Shown: in pieces, positions 1 to 8,802 of the stretch | Numbering within the stretch: the first letter of the stretch is position 1 | Layout: each line of letters begins with the position of its first letter | Virus record (IMG/VR): IMGVR_UViG_3300028610_000547 | Coordinates: 1 to 25,482 of that record | From: a virus | Lineage: Duplodnaviria > Caudoviricetes | Length of the DNA: 25,482 nt | Reading direction: 5' to 3' (one strand) | Notes under the pieces: model-generated | Database searches by the model: none | What the model was told of the DNA's origin: nothing | The model's input: only the letters and a program-made list of their open reading frames with translations | Program-made: the position numbers and the translations under genes

Positions 1-75
1 ATGGAAGATTTGCGACGTTGGTTAGGGTTGATCTTGGGAATCAGAATCAAGTTCATATAACTAAAAGGATTAAGT

Positions 76-1230
76 ATGTCCGTTTCTTATTGGCAGGATA
101 CCGCACAAGCGCGGTCTAAAACAACAGTTGATATAGTAATTATTGGCGCGGGTCTTGCTGGACTTTCTACCGCTTACTGGATTCGTAAACTAGAGCCCAC
201 TTGGAGTATAGCGGTTGTGGACAAAGGCCCTGTAGGAAGCGGAGCATCAGGAAGAAACGCGGGTTTTATTACCTGTGGTTCTACCGAACACTTTTCTGAT
301 ATGATAGATCAATATGGGGAAAGCAAGGCAGAAGAAGTTTGGAAGTTTAGTGAATACAATCATAATCTGATGATAGAGGAATTTGGTAAAAAACATTTAG
401 AAGAAAAATGTGAGTATCGGAGCCTTGGGAGTTGGACTCTCGCAGCATCCGAGCATGAGATTGAAGTCATTAAGTCTACCGTAGACGCACTTGGCAACAA
501 GGGCGCGAATGTAGAGTGGAGAGACCGTGCTTTTGAAGGGGCAGAAGGTTTTCACGGAGGAGCTTATTACAAAGACGATGGTGAGATTCATCCTATGAAA
601 TATCTCAATTTACTTCGGGATAAAACTCCGATCTTTGAGAATCAGGAAGTCTTTGAGATTGACACCTCTGGTGATTTGATTATCGTTAAAACCAACGTCC
701 TAGACTTTCAAACCAACGCAGTAGTCCTGTGTACTAATGCGTGGTCTGATCAACTCTTTTCATGGTTCAAGGATAAGATTAGTCCCATGCGAGGACAGAT
801 TATTGTTACAGAGCCTGTTGCTCAGTTTCTACAACCGTCCTACTGCAGCTTTGTATTAGATTACTTTCGGCAACTTGTAGATGGCCGCGTGCTTATTGGT
901 GGTTTCCGAAATGCCGATATAGAAAAGGAGGTTGGTTATTCAGATGAAATCAATCCTACTATTCACGAGAAACTTGAAGGTTTCCTTAATGAACATTTTC
1001 CCACTTTACGCGGGAAACGAATTGATTATCGCTGGTCTGGCGTTATGGGTTTTAGTAAGGATGGATACCCCATGACAGGCTCTTTACCAGAAGATCCCCG
1101 TATTTTTTATAGTGGAGGATTTACAGGAACTGGATTAGGGTATACCTTCGCTATGGGAAGATTAACAGCAAAGTTAATGATTGAGGGACAGGACCCTGGG
1201 ATCTTTTCAGGGAGAAGGTTCCAGTCCTAA
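76..1230 (+). CDS. FAD-dependent oxidoreductase, DAO/glycine oxidase family (PuuB-like)
   Basis: N-terminal Rossmann motif IIGAGLAGLSTA, GSGASGRNAGF motif, C-terminal GGFTGTGLG; AAGGA RBS upstream. Confidence 0.9.
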   Translation: MSVSYWQDTAQARSKTTVDIVIIGAGLAGLSTAYWIRKLEPTWSIAVVDKGPVGSGASGRNAGFITCGSTEHFSDMIDQYGESKAEEVWKFSEYNHNLMIEEFGKKHLEEKCEYRSLGSWTLAASEHEIEVIKSTVDALGNKGANVEWRDRAFEGAEGFHGGAYYKDDGEIHPMKYLNLLRDKTPIFENQEVFEIDTSGDLIIVKTNVLDFQTNAVVLCTNAWSDQLFSWFKDKISPMRGQIIVTEPVAQFLQPSYCSFVLDYFRQLVDGRVLIGGFRNADIEKEVGYSDEINPTIHEKLEGFLNEHFPTLRGKRIDYRWSGVMGFSKDGYPMTGSLPEDPRIFYSGGFTGTGLGYTFAMGRLTAKLMIEGQDPGIFSGRRFQS

Positions 1231-1307
1231 ATATAATCCCCGATACCAAAATGCCTACTCAAATAATAGCGGGTTCTTGTAGGCGTCCCGTATGTAAGGG
1301 AGGAAAT

Positions 1308-2123
1308 ATGATGGTTTATGATTCGCAGTTCGTGCTGTGCGTGCTGCACAAAGGTGCTCCTGTAAGGGAGATTGGTGGAAAAATACATCTACCATTTCAC
1401 AGCGAATATAAGGTGCGACTTAAGAACAAGAATAATGTAAGAGCAAAAGTTCGTGTATGGATTGATGGTCGACAGGTTTCTAACCTAGGTGATTTCATTC
1501 TTCAACCGAATGCGATTATGGATCTGGAAAGATTTGTAGATGAGTCTATGACCAGGGGAAATAAATTCAAGTTTGTTCCTCTTAGTGATGGAAAGGTTAA
1601 TGATCCTACAGATAGCAACAATGGTATTATCAAGGTAGAATTTTACAGCGAGATTCGACCTTATTATCCACCGTATGTTATGAAGGTAACGAACAGTGGT
1701 CCTAATTGGGTATACAACCAAAGCACAACCCTTGGTGATGGTGATCAGACTTTCACCGGAGGTGGTGGCGGAACAACTAATTGTTCTGTAAACTATGTGT
1801 CCAACAACATTGTACATGACTCCTACATTCCTGAGAACGCGGGAGCTACTGTAGAAGGTGGACATTCCGGACAGAGCTTCGTGTATGGATCTGATTTCCA
1901 AACCGAAACCTATCCCGTAACTCTAGAACTTCGTATTCGTGGAATTGATCGAAGCGAAATGGATTGGGAGGACCATCCTAACCCTTCTCATCAGCCAAAG
2001 AAGCGCATCAAGTTCTGTCCCAACTGTGGGGCAAAGAGACATGGCATGGCCAAGTTTTGTGCCAGTTGCGGTACTGCATATCACCCTCGTTACGAACGTG
2101 AACGGGGACGCATTGTAAGATAG
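1308..2123 (+). CDS. hypothetical phage protein with C-terminal zinc ribbon
   Basis: GGAGG RBS favours ATG 1308 over 1251; C-terminal CPNC...CASC. Confidence 0.75.
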   Translation: MMVYDSQFVLCVLHKGAPVREIGGKIHLPFHSEYKVRLKNKNNVRAKVRVWIDGRQVSNLGDFILQPNAIMDLERFVDESMTRGNKFKFVPLSDGKVNDPTDSNNGIIKVEFYSEIRPYYPPYVMKVTNSGPNWVYNQSTTLGDGDQTFTGGGGGTTNCSVNYVSNNIVHDSYIPENAGATVEGGHSGQSFVYGSDFQTETYPVTLELRIRGIDRSEMDWEDHPNPSHQPKKRIKFCPNCGAKRHGMAKFCASCGTAYHPRYERERGRIVR

Positions 2124-2129
2124 CAATTG

Positions 2130-2160
2130 GTCCTGGTGTCGAAAGGGCACCAGGACTTCT
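2130..2160 (+). terminator. 11-bp hairpin, possible weak terminator or processing site
   Basis: GTCCTGGTGTC-GAAAG-GGCACCAGGAC right after the 2123 stop; only TTCT follows, so the U-tract is short. Confidence 0.5.
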
Positions 2161-2170
2161 AGGAGAGTAA

Positions 2171-2419
2171 ATGCACGAGCCTTGGAAAACAATCGTCTGT
2201 GATGACCCTGCTTGTTTCTTTAAGTCCATAGATGAGAAGGGAAATATCCGGGAAGGGTTTAAAATCTATCCGGAGATAGATACTGCAGAGTTTACTCAGT
2301 TTAAGTGTCCTCTGTGTGGGAAGATAGAAACGTGGGGAGTGACCCGACGTCAAGTAGCTAAGACTTTATATGAGAAATTTTCTAATGTTGGAATGGATTC
2401 TACAATACCCCGTTCTTAG
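2171..2419 (+). CDS. small zinc-finger-like hypothetical protein
   Basis: AGGAG RBS; CDDPAC and CPLC motifs. Confidence 0.7.
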   Translation: MHEPWKTIVCDDPACFFKSIDEKGNIREGFKIYPEIDTAEFTQFKCPLCGKIETWGVTRRQVAKTLYEKFSNVGMDSTIPRS

Positions 2420-2630
2420 TGAAGTTTGGTTTGCGTATGTAACCTTTCATGATCTCATCCAGTGGGCTATCATGATTGTATTAGCCCACACTACGTGGGG
2501 ACAACGTAAGAAAAAGAAACAATTGGAAGAACTTATAGAACACATTCACGAAGAACTCCATACCCATATCGCTGAAGATTCCTCGTTTCACGAGGATCTT
2601 GGACAAAGCGGAATGACAAAGGGGGCATAG
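2385..2630 (+). CDS. small membrane protein with His-rich C-terminus
   Basis: hydrophobic N-half followed by RKKKK and EHIHEELHTH; start uncertain (2370 or 2385). Confidence 0.6.
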   Translation: MLEWILQYPVLSEVWFAYVTFHDLIQWAIMIVLAHTTWGQRKKKKQLEELIEHIHEELHTHIAEDSSFHEDLGQSGMTKGA

Positions 2631-2849
2631 ATGTCTCTAGTTAATAAAGAAAACGTGTTGGCTGCGCAGTATATGTATGTAAAGCGTATCGAATTCTTAC
2701 GCTCAGAGGTTTCCAGGATAATTAACCGAGGTAAACAGTTGGGTGGTGCATATGAGTCAGAAACCCTGGCTGCTCTGGATGAAATTGAAGAAGAATTAAA
2801 TGGTATAGATGAGTGTCTTGAATTACTAAAACACATGTTATGGAGTTAA
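2631..2849 (+). CDS. hypothetical coiled-coil protein
   Basis: abuts the upstream stop; helical heptad pattern. Confidence 0.6.
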   Translation: MSLVNKENVLAAQYMYVKRIEFLRSEVSRIINRGKQLGGAYESETLAALDEIEEELNGIDECLELLKHMLWS

Positions 2850-2851
2850 GT

Positions 2852-3436
2852 ATGGATACCGCATTCAAATTGTGTAAACTTACTGAAGAACACTTCGAGC
2901 CTGCTTTAGAGTTGTGTTACAAAGTTCATGGGGATAATTTCTATACTCACGAGGAACTACAAGAAGAAGTGGACCAAGGCACTATTGGAGAACTTTCCTG
3001 CAGTTATGTACTTTACGATATTCCAAAAAAGAAACTTGTAGGTTTGAGAATAACCTCTGCCCCAGGGCAGTGGGAAATAGGGAAGACCTGTTCCCCAGAC
3101 GATTGGGGAGTAGATCCAACAAAGATTTGTTACTTTCATACCGCAGCAGTTGATTCAGAATATAGAGGTTCTGGAATAGGATCTTTCCTATTACAAACAT
3201 CTATTGATGTTGCGAAAAAAATGGGAGCGCGCGCGGGATTGGCCCACATTTGGATGCAGAGTCCTAATAATAGTGCCTTCAAATACTTTACGCGTAATGG
3301 TGGAAAATTAATTACAGTATGGTCAGAAAAATTTATAGATTTTCATAGTGCAGAGAGGCCGTGTCCGAGATGTGGTTCGACATGTCATTGTGATGCAGCA
3401 GAAATGATAATACATTTTGGGGAGCTAGACAAATGA
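2852..3436 (+). CDS. GNAT family N-acetyltransferase with C-terminal Cys cluster
   Basis: acetyl-CoA motif A (AVDSEYRGSGIGSFL), motif B (NNSAFKYF), CPRCGSTCHC; GGAG RBS before ATG 2852. Confidence 0.88.
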   Translation: MDTAFKLCKLTEEHFEPALELCYKVHGDNFYTHEELQEEVDQGTIGELSCSYVLYDIPKKKLVGLRITSAPGQWEIGKTCSPDDWGVDPTKICYFHTAAVDSEYRGSGIGSFLLQTSIDVAKKMGARAGLAHIWMQSPNNSAFKYFTRNGGKLITVWSEKFIDFHSAERPCPRCGSTCHCDAAEMIIHFGELDK

Positions 3437-3723
3437 GTACACAACAAGTCGATGGGGTGTGGGTAGTAGTTTGTGATTGGGTAGATCCCGAAACAAACAG
3501 GCCCTGTAGTTTAGGTCACGAAGGCGAACCTAGGATGGCAGTAGACCCCGACGGGGGTAAAGACCCTAACACACATTTTCAGTGTGGTGCACATCATGGT
3601 ATTGTAAAACAAGAGTTTAGACCTGAGTTCCAATTACCTGAAGGCCACAAGTTGAGCGAAGAGGTACTTAGGCAAGGTAAACAAGGTGATGAGATTGTGG
3701 TGGAGGAGATAGATGATGACTGA
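3433..3723 (+). CDS. hypothetical protein with Cys/His motif
   Basis: GGAG RBS, ATGA overlap with upstream gene; C..C..CGAHH. Confidence 0.65.
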   Translation: MSTQQVDGVWVVVCDWVDPETNRPCSLGHEGEPRMAVDPDGGKDPNTHFQCGAHHGIVKQEFRPEFQLPEGHKLSEEVLRQGKQGDEIVVEEIDDD

Positions 3724-3976
3724 AAGTAATGGACCTACTCTTTCAGTTGGCAATTACAGTATTACTCAATCTGCGGGAGGTTTTGGAATCTTTCTATCTA
3801 ATGAGCTTACTGAGGATCAGTGGGTAGCCACAGCACCAGATCCCGAAATGGCTATGAAGATTGTTGAAGGATTAGTTATGGTAGAAATGAAAAGATTCTA
3901 TCATCCAGAGTCCGCCCCAATTTTAAAGGGTGCAGACAGCAAACCGCTTCCCCCCTTTATCAAGAAAGGGGACTGA
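3713..3976 (+). CDS. hypothetical protein
   Basis: GGAGGAG RBS; fits the tiling of the operon. Confidence 0.65.
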   Translation: MMTESNGPTLSVGNYSITQSAGGFGIFLSNELTEDQWVATAPDPEMAMKIVEGLVMVEMKRFYHPESAPILKGADSKPLPPFIKKGD

Positions 3977-4066
3977 GAAGCCTCAGATCGTCCTGTAAGC
4001 GACGATCGGAGGTAGGAATGACCGACGGGTCATCCTAAGCAAAGAAATCTATAAGGAGGAAAAACC

Positions 4067-4303
4067 ATGGGATTCTTCCTACGACCAAAAGATACGAATT
4101 TGGATCGAGCTAATGCCCATATCAACGCTGAATCAATCGAGCTGTCTGATACAGCGCAGGCACGATTCACGACCAGACATCCGTCAGAGGCAATCGAGGC
4201 CAAGCAGGATGCTCCGCTTCCGGGCGGTAGTTGGCGTGGAGCTGTATCACGCACGGTTCCTAGTGGATTTGGCCGCGGTACTCGGGCAGGAAGGAGTAAG
4301 TAA
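4067..4303 (+). CDS. small basic hypothetical protein
   Basis: perfect TAAGGAGG RBS at 4052-4059; Arg/Gly-rich tail. Confidence 0.7.
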   Translation: MGFFLRPKDTNLDRANAHINAESIELSDTAQARFTTRHPSEAIEAKQDAPLPGGSWRGAVSRTVPSGFGRGTRAGRSK

Positions 4304-4306
4304 ACA

Positions 4307-4582
4307 ATGGATCGAAGAATTGTACAATGCTTTGGCATTAAGAAGAAGCCTCATAAAGAGGATAAGGTTTGTATGAAAAAGTTTCTTTGGACGGCACGTG
4401 GTGCAGCCTCGGGTCACTTTGGTAGTAATGGAGCGCATGCTTGCCCAAACTGTGGCACCCTGCCTGATTTCCAGCACCCATATAATCAGTTCCTCGCAGG
4501 TCTGATAACTTATGAAAAGGCTGCGGAGATGATGCCAAACTTTAGGGAAGAGTTAAAGAAAAGAAATCTGGGAAAGAAGTAG
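4307..4582 (+). CDS. small zinc-ribbon-like protein
   Basis: AAGGAG RBS; two N-terminal Cys plus CPNC. Confidence 0.7.
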   Translation: MDRRIVQCFGIKKKPHKEDKVCMKKFLWTARGAASGHFGSNGAHACPNCGTLPDFQHPYNQFLAGLITYEKAAEMMPNFREELKKRNLGKK

Positions 4583-4601
4583 TGCGCATGTAAGTTTTTG
4601 C

Positions 4602-4630
4602 TTGACTTACAGGTAAATATACCTTATCTT
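4602..4630 (+). promoter_or_regulatory. sigma70-type promoter upstream of thyA
   Basis: TTGACT (4602-4607), 17-bp spacer, TATCTT (4625-4630). Confidence 0.6.
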
Positions 4631-4762
4631 AAGAAGGATGATCAAGAGGGGTCCATTATAGATCTGATAGGATATACTACGGGATCTTACGGAGTCAGCA
4701 GGAGCTTTCTTGTCTTTCATCTTTCAAAAATTAGACGCGCACGTACCAATGAGGAAACAGCT

Positions 4763-5563
4763 GTGAAACAGTATCAAGATTTACTTAAGGCTTGTCTCTA
4801 CGGAGACGAAAAGTCCGACAGGACTGGAACTGGTACCACCAGTGTATTTGGTCATCAAATGAGATTCAATCTTCAAGATGGGTTTCCTCTGATTACTACG
4901 AAGAAACTCCATCTCAAGTCAATTGTCCATGAACTTCTTTGGTTCATTTCCGGCGACACAAACATCAAGTATCTACAGGACAACGGTGTACGTATCTGGG
5001 ATGAGTGGGCAGATCGTAATGGAAACTTAGGCCCTGTGTACGGGCACCAGTGGAGAAAGTTTGGTTCTGATTGGTATTCAGGTACCACCGGAATCGACCA
5101 ATTGAGAGATGTGATTGAGCAAATTAAAATCAATCCCGACTCCCGTAGACTTATTGTAACGGCTTGGAATCCAAAAGAGGTAGGTGGTTGTGCTCTGCCT
5201 CCTTGCCATTGTATGTTTCAGTTTTATGTAAACGATGGGAAGCTTTCTTGTCAGATGTACCAAAGAAGTGCAGACGTATTCTTAGGTGTGCCATTTAACA
5301 TTGCGAGCTATGCACTGTTGACGATGATGGTAGCCCAAGTATGTGATCTACAACTCGGAGATTTCGTTCATTCATTTGGCGATGTCCACTTGTACAACAA
5401 CCACAAGAAACAGGCCGTTGAGCAGTTGATGCGAGACCCCCGAATGCTTCCGATAATGGTACTGAATGAAGAGGTCAAGAACATCAATGATTTTGTTTAC
5501 GAGGATTTCACACTGGTGGGGTACGATCCCCACCCGCATATTCCTGCAGAGGTATCTGTTTAA
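4763..5563 (+). CDS. thyA: thymidylate synthase
   Basis: DRTGTGT, ELLWF, SRR, LPPCH catalytic Cys, YQRSAD, PFNIASY; GTG 4763 with GAGG RBS gives an E. coli-like MKQY start, so the 4598 TTG start is over-extended. Confidence 0.97.
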   Translation: MKQYQDLLKACLYGDEKSDRTGTGTTSVFGHQMRFNLQDGFPLITTKKLHLKSIVHELLWFISGDTNIKYLQDNGVRIWDEWADRNGNLGPVYGHQWRKFGSDWYSGTTGIDQLRDVIEQIKINPDSRRLIVTAWNPKEVGGCALPPCHCMFQFYVNDGKLSCQMYQRSADVFLGVPFNIASYALLTMMVAQVCDLQLGDFVHSFGDVHLYNNHKKQAVEQLMRDPRMLPIMVLNEEVKNINDFVYEDFTLVGYDPHPHIPAEVSV

Positions 5564-5841
5564 TGGAGTTCCGTGGAGTAGTTAATATTAATGACAAAGG
5601 CCAAGTAGTTTGTTTTTGTTATCAGACAGAAGTCCTTCAAGGAAAATGCACTTGTCAGGATAGGGATGATTGCCCAGAGGCCGTAATTAGTATTGAGGTT
5701 ATTCCGGGCACCCGGCCTTCTGAAAGAGGAGTAAAGAAAGTAGTTAAGGCTGGAAAAGAAGTGGCCAAGGAAGTTATAAAAATTAAAGAAGGATTATCCC
5801 GTCTAGAGAAGGCGGTCCGAAATACTAAGTTTAGAATTTAG
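5563..5841 (+). CDS. hypothetical protein, Cys-rich N-terminus and basic C-terminus
   Basis: TAATG overlap with thyA; CFC and CTC...C. Confidence 0.65.
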   Translation: MEFRGVVNINDKGQVVCFCYQTEVLQGKCTCQDRDDCPEAVISIEVIPGTRPSERGVKKVVKAGKEVAKEVIKIKEGLSRLEKAVRNTKFRI

Positions 5842-5854
5842 GAAAGGATACTTC

Positions 5855-6445
5855 ATGCAAATTATTGGACTTGGTTGTACTGCTCAGGTGGGGAAAGATG
5901 CCGCAGCGGAATATCTCGAAAAGCTTTATCCTGGAAAGGTAAAGAGAGTAGCGTTCGCGGACAAGTTAAAGCAAGTAGCTATGGATGTTTTTGATTTGAG
6001 TTGGGAACAATGTTATGGTTCTCAAGAAGTTAAGGAAGCTGTGGATCCGCGGTATAACATGTCTCCAAGAGAGATTATGCAGGGTGTTGGTGAAAAGTTG
6101 CGTAAAGTCTACCCCGACGTTTGGATAGACGCTGTTTTTAACGTTACTATTCCTAAGTTTGCAGCGCGGGGTTTTGATTGTTTTGTGATCTCTGACGTAC
6201 GCTACCCTAATGAGGCAGACAGGATACATAAGATGGGAGGTACAGTAGTTAAGATTACTCGTGAGGGTAGTGGAGTTACTGTAGGTGCTTCTCATTCTAG
6301 CGAAACTGCAATGAATAATTATCAGGATTTCGATTTCGTCCTTGAAAATAATGGTGGCTTCGAAGAATATTATCGGAAGCTAGACCAGCTAATGGGAGAA
6401 CTCGAATATGTCGGAACACAGAGACAAAGTAGATACCGAAGGTAG
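5855..6445 (+). CDS. deoxynucleoside monophosphate kinase (T4 gp1-like)
   Basis: P-loop GCTAQVGKD, FADKLK, PREIMQ, SDVRYPNEA, HSSE. Confidence 0.9.
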   Translation: MQIIGLGCTAQVGKDAAAEYLEKLYPGKVKRVAFADKLKQVAMDVFDLSWEQCYGSQEVKEAVDPRYNMSPREIMQGVGEKLRKVYPDVWIDAVFNVTIPKFAARGFDCFVISDVRYPNEADRIHKMGGTVVKITREGSGVTVGASHSSETAMNNYQDFDFVLENNGGFEEYYRKLDQLMGELEYVGTQRQSRYRR

Positions 6446-7256
6446 TGGCCTGGGACACTCGTGGGCTGATGATAACGTGGCTCGCGGTGATCCAGATGTA
6501 GATTTCATTAAGCGACGTCCCCAGTTTCCTTTTGGAGATAATCCCCGGGGCAGAGAGATTGATTTTACAGATACTACAGGCGAAGAGGCGTACGGTTCTA
6601 CCAGAAACCAAGTCTTCCGGGCATTTAGAGGTAAGGCCCCTATCGAAGGGCAGCCTTTTGGTATGCCCAAGAGAAAGGGACAGATAGTTCAAAATATTAG
6701 AGGTCTCCGGCCTGAGCTTCCTGATAGAAGCACCGCTGACACCGTTAATGCAGCTTTACAGGCAGGCCAAATAGCGGTGCTTGAAGCCACTAATTTTACT
6801 GCACTGAGCCCCTCTCCTACAATTTCATCACCTGCACCGGGTGCTACGTTTTCTCCGGGCGGAGAGATCACAATTGTAGCACCTACTTCAGCTTTGCGAG
6901 ACATTCATTCTGCTGTTCTTGAAATTGATGGCCAAGCTGTAGACCGGAGAGTTCTTGATCGTAGAGATCAAGATTCTACAATACAGTTTGATTTTAGATT
7001 TATCTATCAAATTCCAGCCAGCCAAGCACTGGGGCCTATGACTATCACAGTTCGAGCGTTCAACATGGAAAGCTCTATGCGGGGTATTGTTGCAGACGAT
7101 GCGTTGAATACCACAGACAGGCAAGGGGCTTTGGGAACTCTGGACGGACGTCCTGGCTCTGCTACGTCTTCAGATGACTATCAGAAGCTCTTAAATAAGA
7201 CAGGGTTTCTCCGCTCCCCTGAGGGAGTAGTGAGTATCACTGTTAATATTGTGTAA
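6408..7256 (+). CDS. protein with bacterial Ig-like domain, possible virion protein
   Basis: GGAG RBS; ISSPAPGATF...ITI...LEIDG...GPMTITVRAFN pattern of Big-type Ig folds; low-complexity N-terminus. Confidence 0.6.
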   Translation: MSEHRDKVDTEGSGLGHSWADDNVARGDPDVDFIKRRPQFPFGDNPRGREIDFTDTTGEEAYGSTRNQVFRAFRGKAPIEGQPFGMPKRKGQIVQNIRGLRPELPDRSTADTVNAALQAGQIAVLEATNFTALSPSPTISSPAPGATFSPGGEITIVAPTSALRDIHSAVLEIDGQAVDRRVLDRRDQDSTIQFDFRFIYQIPASQALGPMTITVRAFNMESSMRGIVADDALNTTDRQGALGTLDGRPGSATSSDDYQKLLNKTGFLRSPEGVVSITVNIV

Positions 7257-7264
7257 GGATTATA

Positions 7265-7759
7265 ATGGCTAAAAACAAAAGACCCAAAACTACAGTAAAT
7301 GTGGATGCGGTAAGACGTGAGAGTAAAAGGCTTGCCAAGAGTATGGCTAAGGAGCAGGCTCCTGGTGATATGGGGACAGTTATTTCTCCTGGGACTGTAA
7401 AGCGACAATCTCCTCTTGAACAAGAAATGGGTTCATCTAAGTATAAGAAGATGATCCATGACCATAATGACAAGAATAAGCATATCTTAGACCGCCTCCC
7501 CTTTACTTTCCCTAAGAAGCGTATTGTGCGTTCTAACCGTACTGATGTCCTTGTGGAGTGCGTAGAGTGCCGCCACGAAAGCTATGGTTCGGAATATACA
7601 TATATGAAGTTCTGCGTGGTGTGTAAGAAATCTACCAAGGTTATTAACCCTGAAGCAGAGAAAAGGGGGGAGGATAGAGATTTTGCGCCGGGAATATTTG
7701 CTACCGCCTCCGACGTTCTGAAGATGCGGGAGGAACGAGAAAAGAAAAAAGGCCAATAG
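7265..7759 (+). CDS. basic hypothetical protein with zinc ribbon
   Basis: TAAGGA RBS; CVEC...CVVC. Confidence 0.7.
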   Translation: MAKNKRPKTTVNVDAVRRESKRLAKSMAKEQAPGDMGTVISPGTVKRQSPLEQEMGSSKYKKMIHDHNDKNKHILDRLPFTFPKKRIVRSNRTDVLVECVECRHESYGSEYTYMKFCVVCKKSTKVINPEAEKRGEDRDFAPGIFATASDVLKMREEREKKKGQ

Positions 7760-7761
7760 GC

Positions 7762-7790
7762 TTGCTAAATTAAGAAAAACCTGTTATAAT
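7762..7790 (+). promoter_or_regulatory. strong sigma70-type promoter with extended -10
   Basis: TTGCTA (7762-7767), 17-bp spacer, TGn-TATAAT (-10 at 7785-7790), intergenic. Confidence 0.8.
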
Positions 7791-7815
7791 TGAACTGGAT
7801 TTAGGGAGAAGTATA

Positions 7816-8352
7816 ATGGTTGACGGCAAGCAGTGGCATTCTTGGGTAATTAAACGCAACCGCTTGGACAACGTAGTGGAGTATATTAAGGAGAATTGCC
7901 CAGAAATAGACAAGTTTTTCTATCCATTTATTAAAAAGGAGTACCAAACTAAGAGGGGTAAGACTCGTATCAAGGATATGCCTCTTTACGAAGGTTATCT
8001 TTTCTTGCGATATCACGACCATCCTCAGGTATTCCACAAGCTTAGCCACTATCCTCAGGTTACCACCTACTGTGGTGCCGTTTCGGAACATGAAATCAAG
8101 CGGATGGAAGCTGCCCAGGGAAAACTTATCACTGAGCTAAAGGCCAGTAAGTATAAAAGAGGGGATGCGGTTATCCTCAAGGACGGGCCGTTTAAAGGCT
8201 TTGAAGGGAAAGTCTCTTCGGTCAGCCCTGATTTTGTAAAAGTCAGAATTACTGCCCAAATTCTTGGTTCCTCGGACCACGAGGTGGTTTATCCTGAGGA
8301 ACAACTAGAACGCAAGACTGTACTACAGAATACCAAAGTGCAAGACATCTAA
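7816..8352 (+). CDS. NusG/RfaH-family transcription antitermination factor
   Basis: NGN domain (PLYEGYLFL, VSEHEIKRM) plus KOW motif (GDAVILKDGPFKGFEGKV). Confidence 0.9.
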   Translation: MVDGKQWHSWVIKRNRLDNVVEYIKENCPEIDKFFYPFIKKEYQTKRGKTRIKDMPLYEGYLFLRYHDHPQVFHKLSHYPQVTTYCGAVSEHEIKRMEAAQGKLITELKASKYKRGDAVILKDGPFKGFEGKVSSVSPDFVKVRITAQILGSSDHEVVYPEEQLERKTVLQNTKVQDI

Positions 8353-8364
8353 TAGGATCTATCA

Positions 8365-8802
8365 ATGGTAGGAAAAACCGGAAGTGGAAGACGCCCTGGG
8401 TTTAAGCATTCTGAGGATGCAAAGCAGAAGATATCTGAGGGTATGCGTGCAAAGAAGTATGAGCCCACCTCGGAACATCGCGAAAATATCTCTAAAACCA
8501 AACTTATGTATGGTTTAGATGAGAAATGTGTTCAACGCTTTGAAGACTTGAAAGCTAACTACCCGGAACAAGAGGATTTTTTTCTAGATAACGAAGATGC
8601 CTTACTTATTGCTATGCGCGATGTGCGCACAGAGAAAGAACTGACCGACATTCGTCGCTATATTGAGACGGCAGCGCTCAGACCAGATGAACCGTATCTA
8701 TATAAAAGTACTTCTTGTTATGCAGCGGAAGACGCAATGATTGATCTTCTAGACTTTAAACGGTTATTACAAAAAAGACTATTAAATACCACACCATTTT
8801 AA
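8365..8802 (+). CDS. NUMOD3-motif putative DNA-binding protein
   Basis: GFKHSEDAKQKISEG and TSEHRENISKT repeats; no HNH or GIY-YIG motif seen. Confidence 0.65.
   Translation: MVGKTGSGRRPGFKHSEDAKQKISEGMRAKKYEPTSEHRENISKTKLMYGLDEKCVQRFEDLKANYPEQEDFFLDNEDALLIAMRDVRTEKELTDIRRYIETAALRPDEPYLYKSTSCYAAEDAMIDLLDFKRLLQKRLLNTTPF

Noticed and set aside
1-75. 3' end of an upstream gene
   Set aside because: Too short to decide the frame (frame 1 stops at 60, frame 3 runs into the next gene), so it was not called
4598-4762. 55-aa N-terminal extension of ThyA in the ORF track
   Set aside because: It overlaps a sigma70 promoter, and GTG 4763 has an RBS and matches the canonical ThyA N-terminus
7261-7266. 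TATAAT overlapping the ATG of ORF 7265 (similar at 7812-7817)
   Set aside because: It lies between RBS and start codon with no suitably spaced -35, so it is probably just AT-rich spacer
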